Below, piece after piece: positions 19,294 through 29,325 of a stretch of 64,000 nt of DNA (the stretch's first letter is position 1; every line of letters begins with the position of its first letter). Below the pieces are notes generated by a model, which ran no database searches, had not been told where the DNA came from, and was given only the letters and a program-made list of their open reading frames with translations. Source of the stretch: Bacteroidia bacterium (GTDB taxonomy: Bacteria; Bacteroidota; Bacteroidia; Bacteroidales; VadinHA17); NCBI GenBank assembly GCA_026391215.1, contig JAPLDX010000090.1:37222-101221 (forward strand). The letters run 5' to 3'. Both the position numbers and the translations under genes were made by a program.

Positions 19294-20142
19294 TTGAAAA
19301 GGATCCTGATACTAATATTGATAATTGAGATTGTTGCTTCTTTATCGTGCGACAGGGTGGAATATTATCCTGATAACCCGGTTGTTTTCGACAAAACCAA
19401 TCTGTTAGCTCATAAAGGAGGCGGCGATTATGACGCAGGAAATACAATTGATGGCTGTATACTTGGATTTAATCTCTTCGACGGTATTGAATGCGATATT
19501 CAAACGAGCTCTGAGAACACATTATGGTTGAGCCATTCCCCGTATCTGCCATCATGCGGCTCTTTTGAAGAAGAATGTTTTGTCTTACTGGATGACCAGA
19601 CGATAATTGAAATTGATTCATGCCTGGGAAGAGATATTAACTATACAAAGCTGGAGACAGTATTTCAGTATATGAGCAATAATTATCCCGGTAAATTTAT
19701 TTCTCTTGACACTAAAGCCTGGACACCATGCGGGATATCAGGCATCAATCTGATAAGAACTATGAATTTGATCGGCCAGGCAATAATTGATCTGACTTTA
19801 AAATATCATCTCGAAAACCGGGTAATGGTTGAATCAGAAAACGGGGATTTTCTTTACTATATAAAAATGAATGCAGATTATATTGATACATACCTTACCT
19901 CTTTCGGGGATTTTGAACTTGGTGTTTCAAGGGCATTGGATGCCGGGTTCTCCGGCATTTCCTTTGCCTACAGGGTAAAGGAAGAAATAACAAATGAACA
20001 AATAGAACTTATCCACCGGAAAGGTCTTAAAATACAGCTTTGGACTGTCAATGATTCTACTGATATTGAAGAGGCTAAAGCAATGAATCCCGATTATATC
20101 CAAACAGACAATCTGGATTACATAACTGGCAACAACCGCTGA
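19294..20142 (+). CDS. Glycerophosphodiester phosphodiesterase family lipoprotein
   Basis: LAHKGG, GIECDIQ, LSH, WTVND, IQTD; SLSC lipobox. Confidence 0.85.
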   Translation: MKRILILILIIEIVASLSCDRVEYYPDNPVVFDKTNLLAHKGGGDYDAGNTIDGCILGFNLFDGIECDIQTSSENTLWLSHSPYLPSCGSFEEECFVLLDDQTIIEIDSCLGRDINYTKLETVFQYMSNNYPGKFISLDTKAWTPCGISGINLIRTMNLIGQAIIDLTLKYHLENRVMVESENGDFLYYIKMNADYIDTYLTSFGDFELGVSRALDAGFSGISFAYRVKEEITNEQIELIHRKGLKIQLWTVNDSTDIEEAKAMNPDYIQTDNLDYITGNNR

Positions 20143-20149
20143 AAAGATC

Positions 20150-20740
20150 TTACACTGTTGCCAGAACTTCTTTTCCAAATGCCATACACTCAGGTCTTTT
20201 GAGGTTGTCATAGTCCTTCATCCCGGGGAATGACTGCATCTGTTTGCGGACATCCGGTTCCATCAGCCCGAATGTGATCCTTCCCAGGAAAACCTTTGAT
20301 AGCACATTGCTTACTCCACAGATCCTGGCCAGGTGATTTTCAATGAATGCTGCTGTCTGTTCCGGTCCGACTGGCTGCATCATATTGCCGCAGACAGCGA
20401 AATAGCCGCGGATTTTACTTTTAAGCATATCCTTGTTCTTCTCAAGATACTCATGCAGGAGCTGTGATGTTACCCCGGCCCGTATGGCTCCCCCTATCAC
20501 AATATGTTCATATCCCGACAGATCGGGATTTTCCCGAACGTCGAATACATTAGCTATTCCATCCATCCCCTCGGAGATCCAGAGAGCCGCATCACGTGTT
20601 GAACCGCACCATGTTGCATACAATACAGCCCACTTTTTATCAGAAGGCATGGGATAATATTCAAGCGGAAAAGCTTTTTTGGGAATCAAAAGTGCACTCA
20701 TACCCAATAATCCTGTTTTGAAAAAGATTCTTTTATTCAT
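20150..20740 (-). CDS. Flavodoxin-domain protein (HemG-like long-chain flavodoxin)
   Basis: VLYATWCGSTRD, IVIGGAIRAG, FAVCG; start moved to MNKRIFFKTG at 20740. Confidence 0.75.
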   Translation of the reverse strand: MNKRIFFKTGLLGMSALLIPKKAFPLEYYPMPSDKKWAVLYATWCGSTRDAALWISEGMDGIANVFDVRENPDLSGYEHIVIGGAIRAGVTSQLLHEYLEKNKDMLKSKIRGYFAVCGNMMQPVGPEQTAAFIENHLARICGVSNVLSKVFLGRITFGLMEPDVRKQMQSFPGMKDYDNLKRPECMAFGKEVLATV

Positions 20741-20807
20741 TATAATAAAATAATGGTTTCTTATACAAATATAGCTACAGGAATGCAGACGGCAAAAAGA
20801 ATGTTTT

Positions 20808-21569
20808 TTACTGATTGTCAATCAATTTCCTTAGTTCGGATGTTGTTATTGTGACAATATTCTTTATGTCAGCTGCGCCAAGTTCCTGTTTATAATTGGA
20901 AATATACTCCATACCAGAAGAATCTATTTTGCCGTTTTGCAGATTGAGCTTCATGACCCTGAACGGATCAGAGCAGAAAAGAAATATTTCATTTTCATTT
21001 TCCCAGCTTATATATACCGGCGTTATTTCAACAGGATACCTTGTTATTGATGTTTTAATGGAATAATCTTCAACCGTCAATATTTTATTACTGCAGTAAG
21101 CTATCTGTGAGCCTGTTATCGCAAGTGTCGGGGAAGCCTCTTCATTTGAATACTTCAGAATTTTACCTGAATCAATATTATACAGATATATTCCATTTAT
21201 CGAATCAGGCAGATTAATATTCACTATGCCAATGGCAATATCAGAATTGTTCTTCTCAATACGTGTTTTGTACCTTACAGGCCAGCCATACACATCTCCA
21301 AGTCTGGCTGCCAGGACAGTTTTTTTGTTGATACTGTCTGTCTTAAAAAGTCCAAAAATCTGCCTGATCTCCTTTGTCTGCCCTCCGTCAGGAAACCGGC
21401 TGATACCTTTTGGATTGCGATATTCTCTTACCTGAGCAAGGTAATAGCATGAAGAGCCAACCATTACTCCTCCGGATGATTTCTCAAAAGAATAGATCAG
21501 TTCCATGTGATAACATGAACTTAGTATTAACATAGTTATTATTGCCAGAATGCTGATCTTGATATTCAT
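20808..21569 (-). CDS. Hypothetical lipoprotein
   Basis: LSSC lipobox; PKGISRFPDGG; TolB-like strands in the C-terminal part. Confidence 0.6.
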   Translation of the reverse strand: MNIKISILAIITMLILSSCYHMELIYSFEKSSGGVMVGSSCYYLAQVREYRNPKGISRFPDGGQTKEIRQIFGLFKTDSINKKTVLAARLGDVYGWPVRYKTRIEKNNSDIAIGIVNINLPDSINGIYLYNIDSGKILKYSNEEASPTLAITGSQIAYCSNKILTVEDYSIKTSITRYPVEITPVYISWENENEIFLFCSDPFRVMKLNLQNGKIDSSGMEYISNYKQELGAADIKNIVTITTSELRKLIDNQ

Positions 21570-21700
21570 TTGCCAACCACGTTTATCATCAGATTCTCCT
21601 TATTTTAACTGCTTAAATATAAATTTACTACATTGTTTTTAAATTTCTTTGTAAATTGATGTCAGTTTCAAAAATTAAATATTTAATCAGGAGGCTAATC

Positions 21701-23146
21701 ATGAAAAGAAATCTTTCCTTTTTTCTTTCACTATTACTTCTTTTAACAAGTTCGTGCAGTAATAAAGGCAAAATGATCATAACAAGCGTGTATGAAGGGG
21801 ATAATGGAAAAGCTGTTTATTTTGACACTGAGGAGAAGAAGGGAAATCTCTTCATTTCTGACAACCTGCATCTTTATACAATTCTTGACAAGACTGATGG
21901 TAATACATGGATAATTGTAGAACAGGCACCTGCAGTTGTTGGAGAAGGCCGTGTTGAAACAGAGCTTCAGCTTTGGAATATTCCTGAATCAAGGCAAATT
22001 GATCCTCCTTATTCGCTCTATGGAAGCAGTTTTGAGAAGAAGGACGGTAAGGATTGCCTTGTAATTTCTACCGGAGACGGCACAAAAGAGATTATAGTTT
22101 CGCTGGCTGATCTGCTTTCAGGAACTTTACCTGAAAAAGCGGAAAGTGCTGAAGCAGAACAGGAGATACAGGATGAAACAGGCAAGGAATCAGGTACGGA
22201 AAGTACACCTGAAACAGGACTCCAGACTGTCGTTCTCCTGAAGCTTGGCACAAAGGAAAATGAGATTGGTCAGGGGATGGTGGATAAACAGCTTGAAGGC
22301 GGAAGATTCATTTATGCTGTGCCTTCTTTCGCTGCCTTTGAAAACAGGCTTTATATTGTTGATGCCATTAATTTCAGAGTGCTCGTTTATGATTATTCCG
22401 GCAATTTTGTGAGAAAAATAAGCTATCCCGAAAAATCTGAAGACGGATCCGTGAATGTGGTAATGGATATTTGTGTTGATAAGGGAGTATTGTACCTCGC
22501 TGCAACCTATTCAAATTTAGTTTATGTAGTAGATTCTGAAACTGAGGATATAATTGAGATCATTACCGGATCCGATACAGAAAAAGGGAAATTCAAATAT
22601 CTGGATATTCTCGCACTTGATCATGAGAAAAACCTCTTAATATCTGATTATGAGTACAATATCCTTTATGTTTACAAAAGGGACGTGGATGGCATGCATC
22701 TTTTAAGAGGCTTTCCCTATACAGAGAAAGATCAGCTTGTATTTGATACTGAGGGAAAAAACTATTCAGCTGCATCAAACGGACAGGAAGTGACAGTATC
22801 TGATTCACAGGGAAATGTTGTCGGCAGTTTTATGTACAAATTTCCATCTGGTAATTCGCATATAATTGATATTGACGACAATAATGTCATTTATATCCAG
22901 ACTTTTGAATCCGAGTCACCTGGTGCCCAGGTAGATGAAGGTTCATACCTTAAAGTCATGCAACAGGATGGCACTATTCTGAATGATTATCCCGTACCCG
23001 TGTGGCCGGGAGGACCAATGACAAAATATATTGTTGTGGATGAACAGGGAAATATTTTTGTTGCTGAATATGATTTTACAGGATCAGCTGATACTGAATC
23101 ACAGGATATTCCTCCAACAGGATTGTTGATCAGGAAAGCAGATTAA
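21701..23146 (+). CDS. Lipoprotein with acidic linker and NHL-like beta-propeller
   Basis: MKRNLSF...TSSC; LYIVDAINFRVLVYDYSG and IVVDEQGNIFVAE NHL-like repeats; AGGAGG just upstream of ATG 21701. Confidence 0.7.
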   Translation: MKRNLSFFLSLLLLLTSSCSNKGKMIITSVYEGDNGKAVYFDTEEKKGNLFISDNLHLYTILDKTDGNTWIIVEQAPAVVGEGRVETELQLWNIPESRQIDPPYSLYGSSFEKKDGKDCLVISTGDGTKEIIVSLADLLSGTLPEKAESAEAEQEIQDETGKESGTESTPETGLQTVVLLKLGTKENEIGQGMVDKQLEGGRFIYAVPSFAAFENRLYIVDAINFRVLVYDYSGNFVRKISYPEKSEDGSVNVVMDICVDKGVLYLAATYSNLVYVVDSETEDIIEIITGSDTEKGKFKYLDILALDHEKNLLISDYEYNILYVYKRDVDGMHLLRGFPYTEKDQLVFDTEGKNYSAASNGQEVTVSDSQGNVVGSFMYKFPSGNSHIIDIDDNNVIYIQTFESESPGAQVDEGSYLKVMQQDGTILNDYPVPVWPGGPMTKYIVVDEQGNIFVAEYDFTGSADTESQDIPPTGLLIRKAD

Positions 23147-23149
23147 GAA

Positions 23150-23815
23150 ATGAAAACAAAAGTACTCTCATTTCTTTATTTCCTCACCGGGATCTTATTT
23201 ATTGTACTGGAGGATCATTCTTCTTCCCTGACAGAGCATATCCTTAAAGCTCTCATCATACCATGGCTTATTATCATATTCATAATAAACCTCAAGCCAT
23301 TTGCCAACTGTCTTAACATCCTCATGTTAGCCGGCCTTCTTTTTTCATGGGCCGGAGACATTATCCTGCAGTTTTCATTTGTTCCGGGACTTCTCTGTTT
23401 CCTGATAGCGCATGTAATGTATCTTGTCGCTTTCTTCCTGACACCGGGCAAAAATGTGATATTCACAAGTCAGTTTTATCTGCTGATTATCTTATTACTG
23501 TACGGTGCAGGACTGATATATTATTTATATGGCGATCTTGGAGATATGCGTCTGCCTGTTTTGATATATGCCATAGTGATCCTTACTATGCTTGCGGGGG
23601 CAATTAACAGGATGGAAAAAGTAAACAGGATCAGTTACTGGCTTGTCCTTACAGGAGCAATTTTATTTGTTCTCTCCGATTCAGCTATTGCTGTCCATAA
23701 GTTCAGCTGGGATTTCAATTATTCAGGTGTTGCGATAATGTCAACATATATTGCTGCACAATACCTGATTACAACAGGATTCATAAAACAATATTCCCTG
23801 AACACAAATTCCTGA
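23150..23815 (+). CDS. yhhN: YhhN-family lysoplasmalogenase
   Basis: GLLFSWAGD, FLIAHVMY, GAILFVLSD, TYIAAQYLI; multiple TM helices. Confidence 0.9.
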   Translation: MKTKVLSFLYFLTGILFIVLEDHSSSLTEHILKALIIPWLIIIFIINLKPFANCLNILMLAGLLFSWAGDIILQFSFVPGLLCFLIAHVMYLVAFFLTPGKNVIFTSQFYLLIILLLYGAGLIYYLYGDLGDMRLPVLIYAIVILTMLAGAINRMEKVNRISYWLVLTGAILFVLSDSAIAVHKFSWDFNYSGVAIMSTYIAAQYLITTGFIKQYSLNTNS

Positions 23816-23871
23816 AAAAATTTAAAATATTTCCGCTACCATTTCGTCTATGGTGGTAAAGATCCTTTGAA

Positions 23872-24432
23872 ATGAGTCCAAAAGAATCGGAAAGAATAAC
23901 AGCTGCCTATAAAGACGAACATAAGCGTTTGCTCGGCTATATCAGGAACCGGATTTCCGACAGGGTTCAGGCTGAGGATATCCTGCAGGATGTCTTTTAT
24001 CAGCTTACCGTAGGATTCAATGATATAAGGAGAATTGGAAATCTGACAGCCTGGCTCTATAAGGTCGCAGACAACCGTATTACTGATCAATACCGCAAGA
24101 GAAGGCCGGTGATACTCAATTTTAACGATAATATATCGGATGGAGAAGAAGGTCCGCTGACTCTCGAAGAAATTTTGCCGTCGATGGGAACAACGCCTGC
24201 CGACGAAGAGTTGAAGGAGATGATATGGGAAACCATTGAAGAGTCGCTGTCAAAATTACCTGAAGAGCAGAGAAGTGTGTTCATTGAAAATGAGTTTGAG
24301 GAAAAAAGCTTCCGGGAGATATCTGAAAGAACCGGCGTGGGAGTAAATACCCTCATCTCGCGTAAACGTTATGCGGTACTTTCTCTCCGTGAGAATCTGG
24401 CAGAATTGTATAAACTATTAAAAAATAATTAG
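23872..24432 (+). CDS. ECF RNA polymerase sigma factor
   Basis: AEDILQDVF, WLYKVADNRITD (region 2); LPEEQR...SFREIS...GVNTLISRKRYA (region 4). Confidence 0.92.
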   Translation: MSPKESERITAAYKDEHKRLLGYIRNRISDRVQAEDILQDVFYQLTVGFNDIRRIGNLTAWLYKVADNRITDQYRKRRPVILNFNDNISDGEEGPLTLEEILPSMGTTPADEELKEMIWETIEESLSKLPEEQRSVFIENEFEEKSFREISERTGVGVNTLISRKRYAVLSLRENLAELYKLLKNN

Positions 24433-24433
24433 T

Positions 24434-24739
24434 ATGAAAAAAGTGTTAAATGTTTTGAAGTACATTGGTTTCGGTATCCTCGGTATTGGTTTCATGATAG
24501 CTTTGACTTTCGGTATACAGGCTCTCTGGAACTGGCTGATACCTGCACTGTTCAATGGCCCTGAACTTACATTCTGGCAAACAGTCGGATTATTTATCCT
24601 GTCAAAGATCCTTCTCACTGGTGTTGCTCCCGGCGGATCAGATAAAAATGATAGTAAAAAGTGGAAGAAAAAGTACCAGGAGAAATGCAAACAGAAGGAA
24701 GCAGAAAGCCAAATCATTACAACTGCTGAACAGGTATAA
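24434..24739 (+). CDS. Small membrane protein co-transcribed with the ECF sigma factor
   Basis: TM segments with LWNWLIPALF...TFWQTVGLFILSKILL; starts 1 nt after the sigma stop codon. Confidence 0.75.
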   Translation: MKKVLNVLKYIGFGILGIGFMIALTFGIQALWNWLIPALFNGPELTFWQTVGLFILSKILLTGVAPGGSDKNDSKKWKKKYQEKCKQKEAESQIITTAEQV

Positions 24740-24771
24740 ACTTATTAATTAAGAAACAGTAGTTTTCTTTT

Positions 24772-24810
24772 GTCCCGCAGATCATTGATCTTGCGGGACT
24801 TTGTTTTTTT
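24772..24810 (+). terminator. Rho-independent terminator
   Basis: GTCCCGCAGATCA..GATCTTGCGGGAC stem followed by TTTGTTTTTTT. Confidence 0.8.
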
Positions 24811-24858
24811 CCTTATCTTTAATGTACAAGTTCGATAAGGAAACACATAAATAAGAAA

Positions 24859-27216
24859 ATGAACAGGGCAACTATTTTATTATTGTTCATTTTAATTAAT
24901 CATGTTATTTATTCTCAGGATCTGACTCAAAACATCAGAGGGAAAGTGGTTGATTCCCAAACCGAAGCTCCGCTGTTTGGCGCTGTATTAATAATCAGAA
25001 ATTCAGATCCGGTACTGGGTACCAGGACTGATGTTGACGGGAATTTTGTGATTGAAAAAGTACCTGTCGGAAGACAGACTGTTGAGGTGAGCCATATTGG
25101 CTATTTGTCATATGCCATGGAGAATATTTTTATCACCTCAAACAAGGAGACATACCTGAATTTAAAACTCGAAGAATCAGTAACTTCATTGAGTGAGGTA
25201 TTAATAACGAGTAAGCTGAAGAAGGATCAGCCGTTAAATCAGAATGCTGCAGTATCTGCCAGGACATTTTCAATAGAAGAAACCGAAAAGTATTCCGGAA
25301 GTATAGGCGATCCAGCAAGGATGGCTTCGAATTTCGCAGGAATAGCCACTATCTGCGACCAGCGAAATGATATTGTAATTCGCGGAAATTCCCCTCTTGG
25401 AGTGTTGTGGCGGCTGGATGGAATTGATATACCAAATCCAAATCATTTTTCATCCTTTGGCGCAAGCGGAGGTCCGATAAGTATTTTGAATAATAATCTT
25501 CTCACCAATTCCGATTTTTTCACGGGTGCTTTCCCGGCAGAATATGGGAATGCCCTTAGCGGGGTTTTCGATCTCAAAATGCGGTCAGCAAGCAACCTGA
25601 AATACGAATTTGTCACCCAGGTTGGAATGAATGGTTTTGAAATCGGTGCTGAAGGCCCTATAATAAATAACAAATCTTCCTTTCTGATAAATTACAGATA
25701 CTCAACGCTTGCCATTGTTGATGCAATGGGCTTTAAGGTAGGAATAGATGCTATCCCTTACTATCAGGATGCTTCATTTAAAATTACTTCAAATAATACA
25801 AAATTCGGGAAATTCTCACTTATAGGGATAGGCGGTTACAGCTATGACCATGAGTTTGACTCTAAGAAAGACACATCGCAGCTTAAAAACGGAAGCGGAG
25901 AAGATTTTACCTTCGGATCGGGAATGGGATCAGTCGGATTAATTCATAAGCTGCTGATTAATAACAGAATCAATATCGAAAACATAATCAGCCTTTCATA
26001 TACAATAAGCCACATTTCTGAAGATAATTTTACCATCCAGGATCCGGTACCTGCAATATATTACCGTCAGAAATCGGATGAGAAAGGCATTAATTTTTCA
26101 ACAAATATCCGGTATAAGCCGGATCCAAGAAACGCATTCCAGGCTGGCATTAGTTTTCAGATGCTCAAATTTCAATTCGCCGATAGCGTAAAATCCGGAA
26201 ATGATTTTATAGTAAACCTCGACCAGAAAGGAACTTATGATCTTTTGAAATCTTTTGTTCAATGGCAGCATAAATTCTCTGATAATTTACTCGTTTACAG
26301 CGGATTCAATTTTATGCTTTTTACGTTTAACAACAAATCTTCTGCTGAGCCGAGGCTTGGGCTGAAGTGGAGTTTTAATCCAAGACATTCTGTAAATATA
26401 GGATTCGGATTACACAGCCAGCTTATTCCCCGGATGTTTTATGTAGTTGAAAGTGAAATAAATCCTGGCGAATATGATCCGATGAATCAGAAACTTGGCT
26501 TCTCGAAAAGCCTGCATTCAGTTATTGGCTACAACTTTCTGATATCAGAGAATCTGCGATTGAAATTTGAAACATATTTTCAGCATTTGTATGAAATCCC
26601 CGTAAAGAAAGGGAATCCAGTTTATTCAATCATAAACTTTGGCGATAGTTATTTTGACCAGCTCCCGATCATTGATAGTCTCGTAAATAAAGGGACAGGT
26701 AAAAATTACGGAATAGAATTAACCCTGGAAAAATTCCTCGATAAAGGTTATTATGCTCTTTTTACAGGGTCCCTGTTCGAATCAAAATATAAAGGCTATG
26801 ATGGTATTGAAAGAAATAGTGCCTTCAACGGAAATTTCATACTTAATACCCTTGCCGGGAAGGAATTTAAAATTGGGAAATACAATTATCTCAGCCTGAA
26901 TTTTAAAGTAACCTATGCAGGGAGCCTGAGATATGTGCCATATGATATTGAACAAATCGCGACAGACTATTATGTGAGGCATTTTGACTGGAGCAGGGCT
27001 TATCAGGACCGCAGAAAGGACTATTTCAGGCTTAATGGACGTTTTGGATATAAGCTTATCAAAGAGAAATTCAGTGCCGAACTTGCTATTGATTTTATGA
27101 ATATGACAAATCACAAGGATATCTTTACAGAATATTTTAATTCAAAAACCGGAGAAATGGAATACTCTTATCAGTTTCCTTTCCTGCCAATCGGATTTCT
27201 AAGGTTTCAGTTTTAA
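24859..27216 (+). CDS. TonB-dependent receptor with N-terminal CarboxypepD_reg-like domain
   Basis: IRGKVVD...RTDVDGNF; plug NDIVIRGNSP...LDGIDIPNPNHF; FPAEYGNALSG; terminal RFQF. Confidence 0.9.
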   Translation: MNRATILLLFILINHVIYSQDLTQNIRGKVVDSQTEAPLFGAVLIIRNSDPVLGTRTDVDGNFVIEKVPVGRQTVEVSHIGYLSYAMENIFITSNKETYLNLKLEESVTSLSEVLITSKLKKDQPLNQNAAVSARTFSIEETEKYSGSIGDPARMASNFAGIATICDQRNDIVIRGNSPLGVLWRLDGIDIPNPNHFSSFGASGGPISILNNNLLTNSDFFTGAFPAEYGNALSGVFDLKMRSASNLKYEFVTQVGMNGFEIGAEGPIINNKSSFLINYRYSTLAIVDAMGFKVGIDAIPYYQDASFKITSNNTKFGKFSLIGIGGYSYDHEFDSKKDTSQLKNGSGEDFTFGSGMGSVGLIHKLLINNRINIENIISLSYTISHISEDNFTIQDPVPAIYYRQKSDEKGINFSTNIRYKPDPRNAFQAGISFQMLKFQFADSVKSGNDFIVNLDQKGTYDLLKSFVQWQHKFSDNLLVYSGFNFMLFTFNNKSSAEPRLGLKWSFNPRHSVNIGFGLHSQLIPRMFYVVESEINPGEYDPMNQKLGFSKSLHSVIGYNFLISENLRLKFETYFQHLYEIPVKKGNPVYSIINFGDSYFDQLPIIDSLVNKGTGKNYGIELTLEKFLDKGYYALFTGSLFESKYKGYDGIERNSAFNGNFILNTLAGKEFKIGKYNYLSLNFKVTYAGSLRYVPYDIEQIATDYYVRHFDWSRAYQDRRKDYFRLNGRFGYKLIKEKFSAELAIDFMNMTNHKDIFTEYFNSKTGEMEYSYQFPFLPIGFLRFQF

Positions 27217-27318
27217 GCTTGTGAAATGACAATCTTTTGACAAAAACTAATAGTTTTTGACGAATGGCTGTTTATTTTTCAAAAAATATCTCACTTTTGC
27301 ATAATATTTCTTCCCGTT

Positions 27319-27777
27319 ATGGCAGAAACGAAGAATTTACTGGTAGAAGGAACCTCAAAGACCCCACAGATTGATCTTAATCAATATACCGGAGAACTGA
27401 TATTATCCGGCAGGTCAATTCCCGAGAATGTGGCCAAAATCTATGACCCTGTCCTGGCCTGGATCGGAGAATATATAAAATCCCCGCACAAGACTACTAA
27501 TCTTCGTCTTAATCTCGAATATTTCAATACTGCATCATCAATATGGATTGCCAAGATAATAAAGATTCTAAGTACCATAGATAAGCCGGATTATGTCTTT
27601 TTCATCCACCTGTACATTGATATTGAAGATACGGACACCCTGGACCAGGATGATATAAAAGGCATTATGGGTTCCCTGATAGATAATATCAGCGAACCGT
27701 TACTGAGTGTAGGTATCAGGATCTATGGCCTTGATGAGAATGGCAAGATCGTCAAGGAATCACAGATATTTATCTGA
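27319..27777 (+). CDS. siaC: SiaC-family regulatory phosphoprotein (DUF1987)
   Basis: TSKTPQI, LSGRSIPEN, LEYFNTASS (phospho-Thr motif). Confidence 0.85.
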   Translation: MAETKNLLVEGTSKTPQIDLNQYTGELILSGRSIPENVAKIYDPVLAWIGEYIKSPHKTTNLRLNLEYFNTASSIWIAKIIKILSTIDKPDYVFFIHLYIDIEDTDTLDQDDIKGIMGSLIDNISEPLLSVGIRIYGLDENGKIVKESQIFI

Positions 27778-27868
27778 TCAATTCCCTTTCAGAAATACCT
27801 TCATACTTTTTTTCTTACAGGTTTTAAAGTACCTTTATTAGCCCGTTACTATAAACAGGGTTTTCAAA

Positions 27869-29302
27869 ATGGAAAGTGGCTATAAAGGCTTTAAAGGAAC
27901 ATATTTTTACATCGCTGTTGCAGGGATCTTCCTGATAATCATTAGCCCTTCATTGCTTTCTGAGGGTATGTTTATGGATGGCATGATGTACGCTACAATG
28001 TCGAAGAATCTGGCAAACGGACTGGGGACTTTCTGGCAATCACATTTTTCGGAAATAATATTCCCTTCATTTATTAACCATCCGCCCCTGGCAATAGGAC
28101 TGGAAAGCACTTTTTTCAGAATTTTTGGCGACAGCAGGTTTGTTGAGCGGTTTTATTCTCTTTTTGCAATACTGCTGACAGGTTTAATAATAGTAAAAAT
28201 CTGGAAATCGCTGGGCAGGAAATCATCTACAGGCTGGCTGCCCCTGCTTTTCTGGATCGCAATGCCTTCAGTCACGTGGGCTTCCGTAAATAATATGCTG
28301 GAAAATACAATGGGGATATTTATATGTCTTTCAGTCTTATTTTTCATTAAAAGCCAGAAAAACAACAGGATACTTTTTCTCTTCCTGAGTGGATTCATGC
28401 TGTCTTTTGGTTTTCTGACAAAGGGTTTTGTTACATTTTTTCCTCTTTCTTTCCCATTCTTCTATTGGTTGTTTACAAGGAAATGCACATTCTGGTCTGT
28501 AGTAAGCGATACACTATTAATTCTGTTTTCATCAGCACTCCCGTTGGTCCTGTTGTTTTTATTTATCCCGGGATACAGAGAAACCCTGCCTGACTATCTT
28601 ACTGTAACATTTGGACTTATTGCTAATGAAGCAACAAAAGCCTCACGGTTTTATATTGTCTTCAGGCTTTTAATGGAATTGCTGCCTCTTTTGGGGATGA
28701 TCATGATATTCCTACTCTATTGCCGGAAAAAGAAACTTCCTTTAAACCAGTTAAGTAGTAACCTTCATCTTGCCTCTTCGTTTCTTTGTCTGGGATTATC
28801 CGGTGTTCTTCCAATAATGATAACCAGGGTTCAAAGCGGGTACTACCTGCTGACAAGTTTGCCTTTCTTTGCTATTTCGCTGAGCCTGATGATCATACCA
28901 CATGTTGAAACATTGATGGAAAGGATAAATTCTAATCCATTTTACTATAAGCTTTTAACAATCTCAGGAATAACTTTGCTCTCAACAGGAATAATCCTGT
29001 CTGTCTGTTTTTCGGGACATATAAACAGGAATAAGGATATGATTAAAGATATGAGAGTTATTACAGCTGAGCTGCCAGAAGGCATCACTGTAAATATTTT
29101 GCCCGACATGTGGACCGATTGGAATCTTCATACTTGCTATGCCAGGTATAAGAACATAAGTCTTGACCCTGATTTGAATAACAAGCACGGATATCTGCTC
29201 ATAAGGAATTCATTAAATTCCGACACTCTTAATAATGGATTTGAGAAAATTGAACTTAAAACAACAGAATTTGAATTATTCAGAAGAAAGATGCCTGAAT
29301 AG
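27869..29302 (+). CDS. ArnT/PMT-like (GT-C) membrane glycosyltransferase
   Basis: GMFMDGMMYA, HPPL, NNMLE, FLTKGF motifs; many TM helices. Confidence 0.82.
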   Translation: MESGYKGFKGTYFYIAVAGIFLIIISPSLLSEGMFMDGMMYATMSKNLANGLGTFWQSHFSEIIFPSFINHPPLAIGLESTFFRIFGDSRFVERFYSLFAILLTGLIIVKIWKSLGRKSSTGWLPLLFWIAMPSVTWASVNNMLENTMGIFICLSVLFFIKSQKNNRILFLFLSGFMLSFGFLTKGFVTFFPLSFPFFYWLFTRKCTFWSVVSDTLLILFSSALPLVLLFLFIPGYRETLPDYLTVTFGLIANEATKASRFYIVFRLLMELLPLLGMIMIFLLYCRKKKLPLNQLSSNLHLASSFLCLGLSGVLPIMITRVQSGYYLLTSLPFFAISLSLMIIPHVETLMERINSNPFYYKLLTISGITLLSTGIILSVCFSGHINRNKDMIKDMRVITAELPEGITVNILPDMWTDWNLHTCYARYKNISLDPDLNNKHGYLLIRNSLNSDTLNNGFEKIELKTTEFELFRRKMPE

Positions 29303-29325
29303 CAAAATAAACTAATCATATTGAT

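Noticed and set aside
20741-20821. Extended starts given by the ORF track for the flavodoxin (and likewise at 45568 and 57715)
   Set aside because: They overlap upstream genes or precede an obvious signal peptide; downstream ATGs fit better
19294-23815. GDPD plus YhhN as a plasmalogen-scavenging pathway
   Set aside because: Chemically plausible, but the genes are separated by oppositely oriented unrelated genes, so there is no operon evidence
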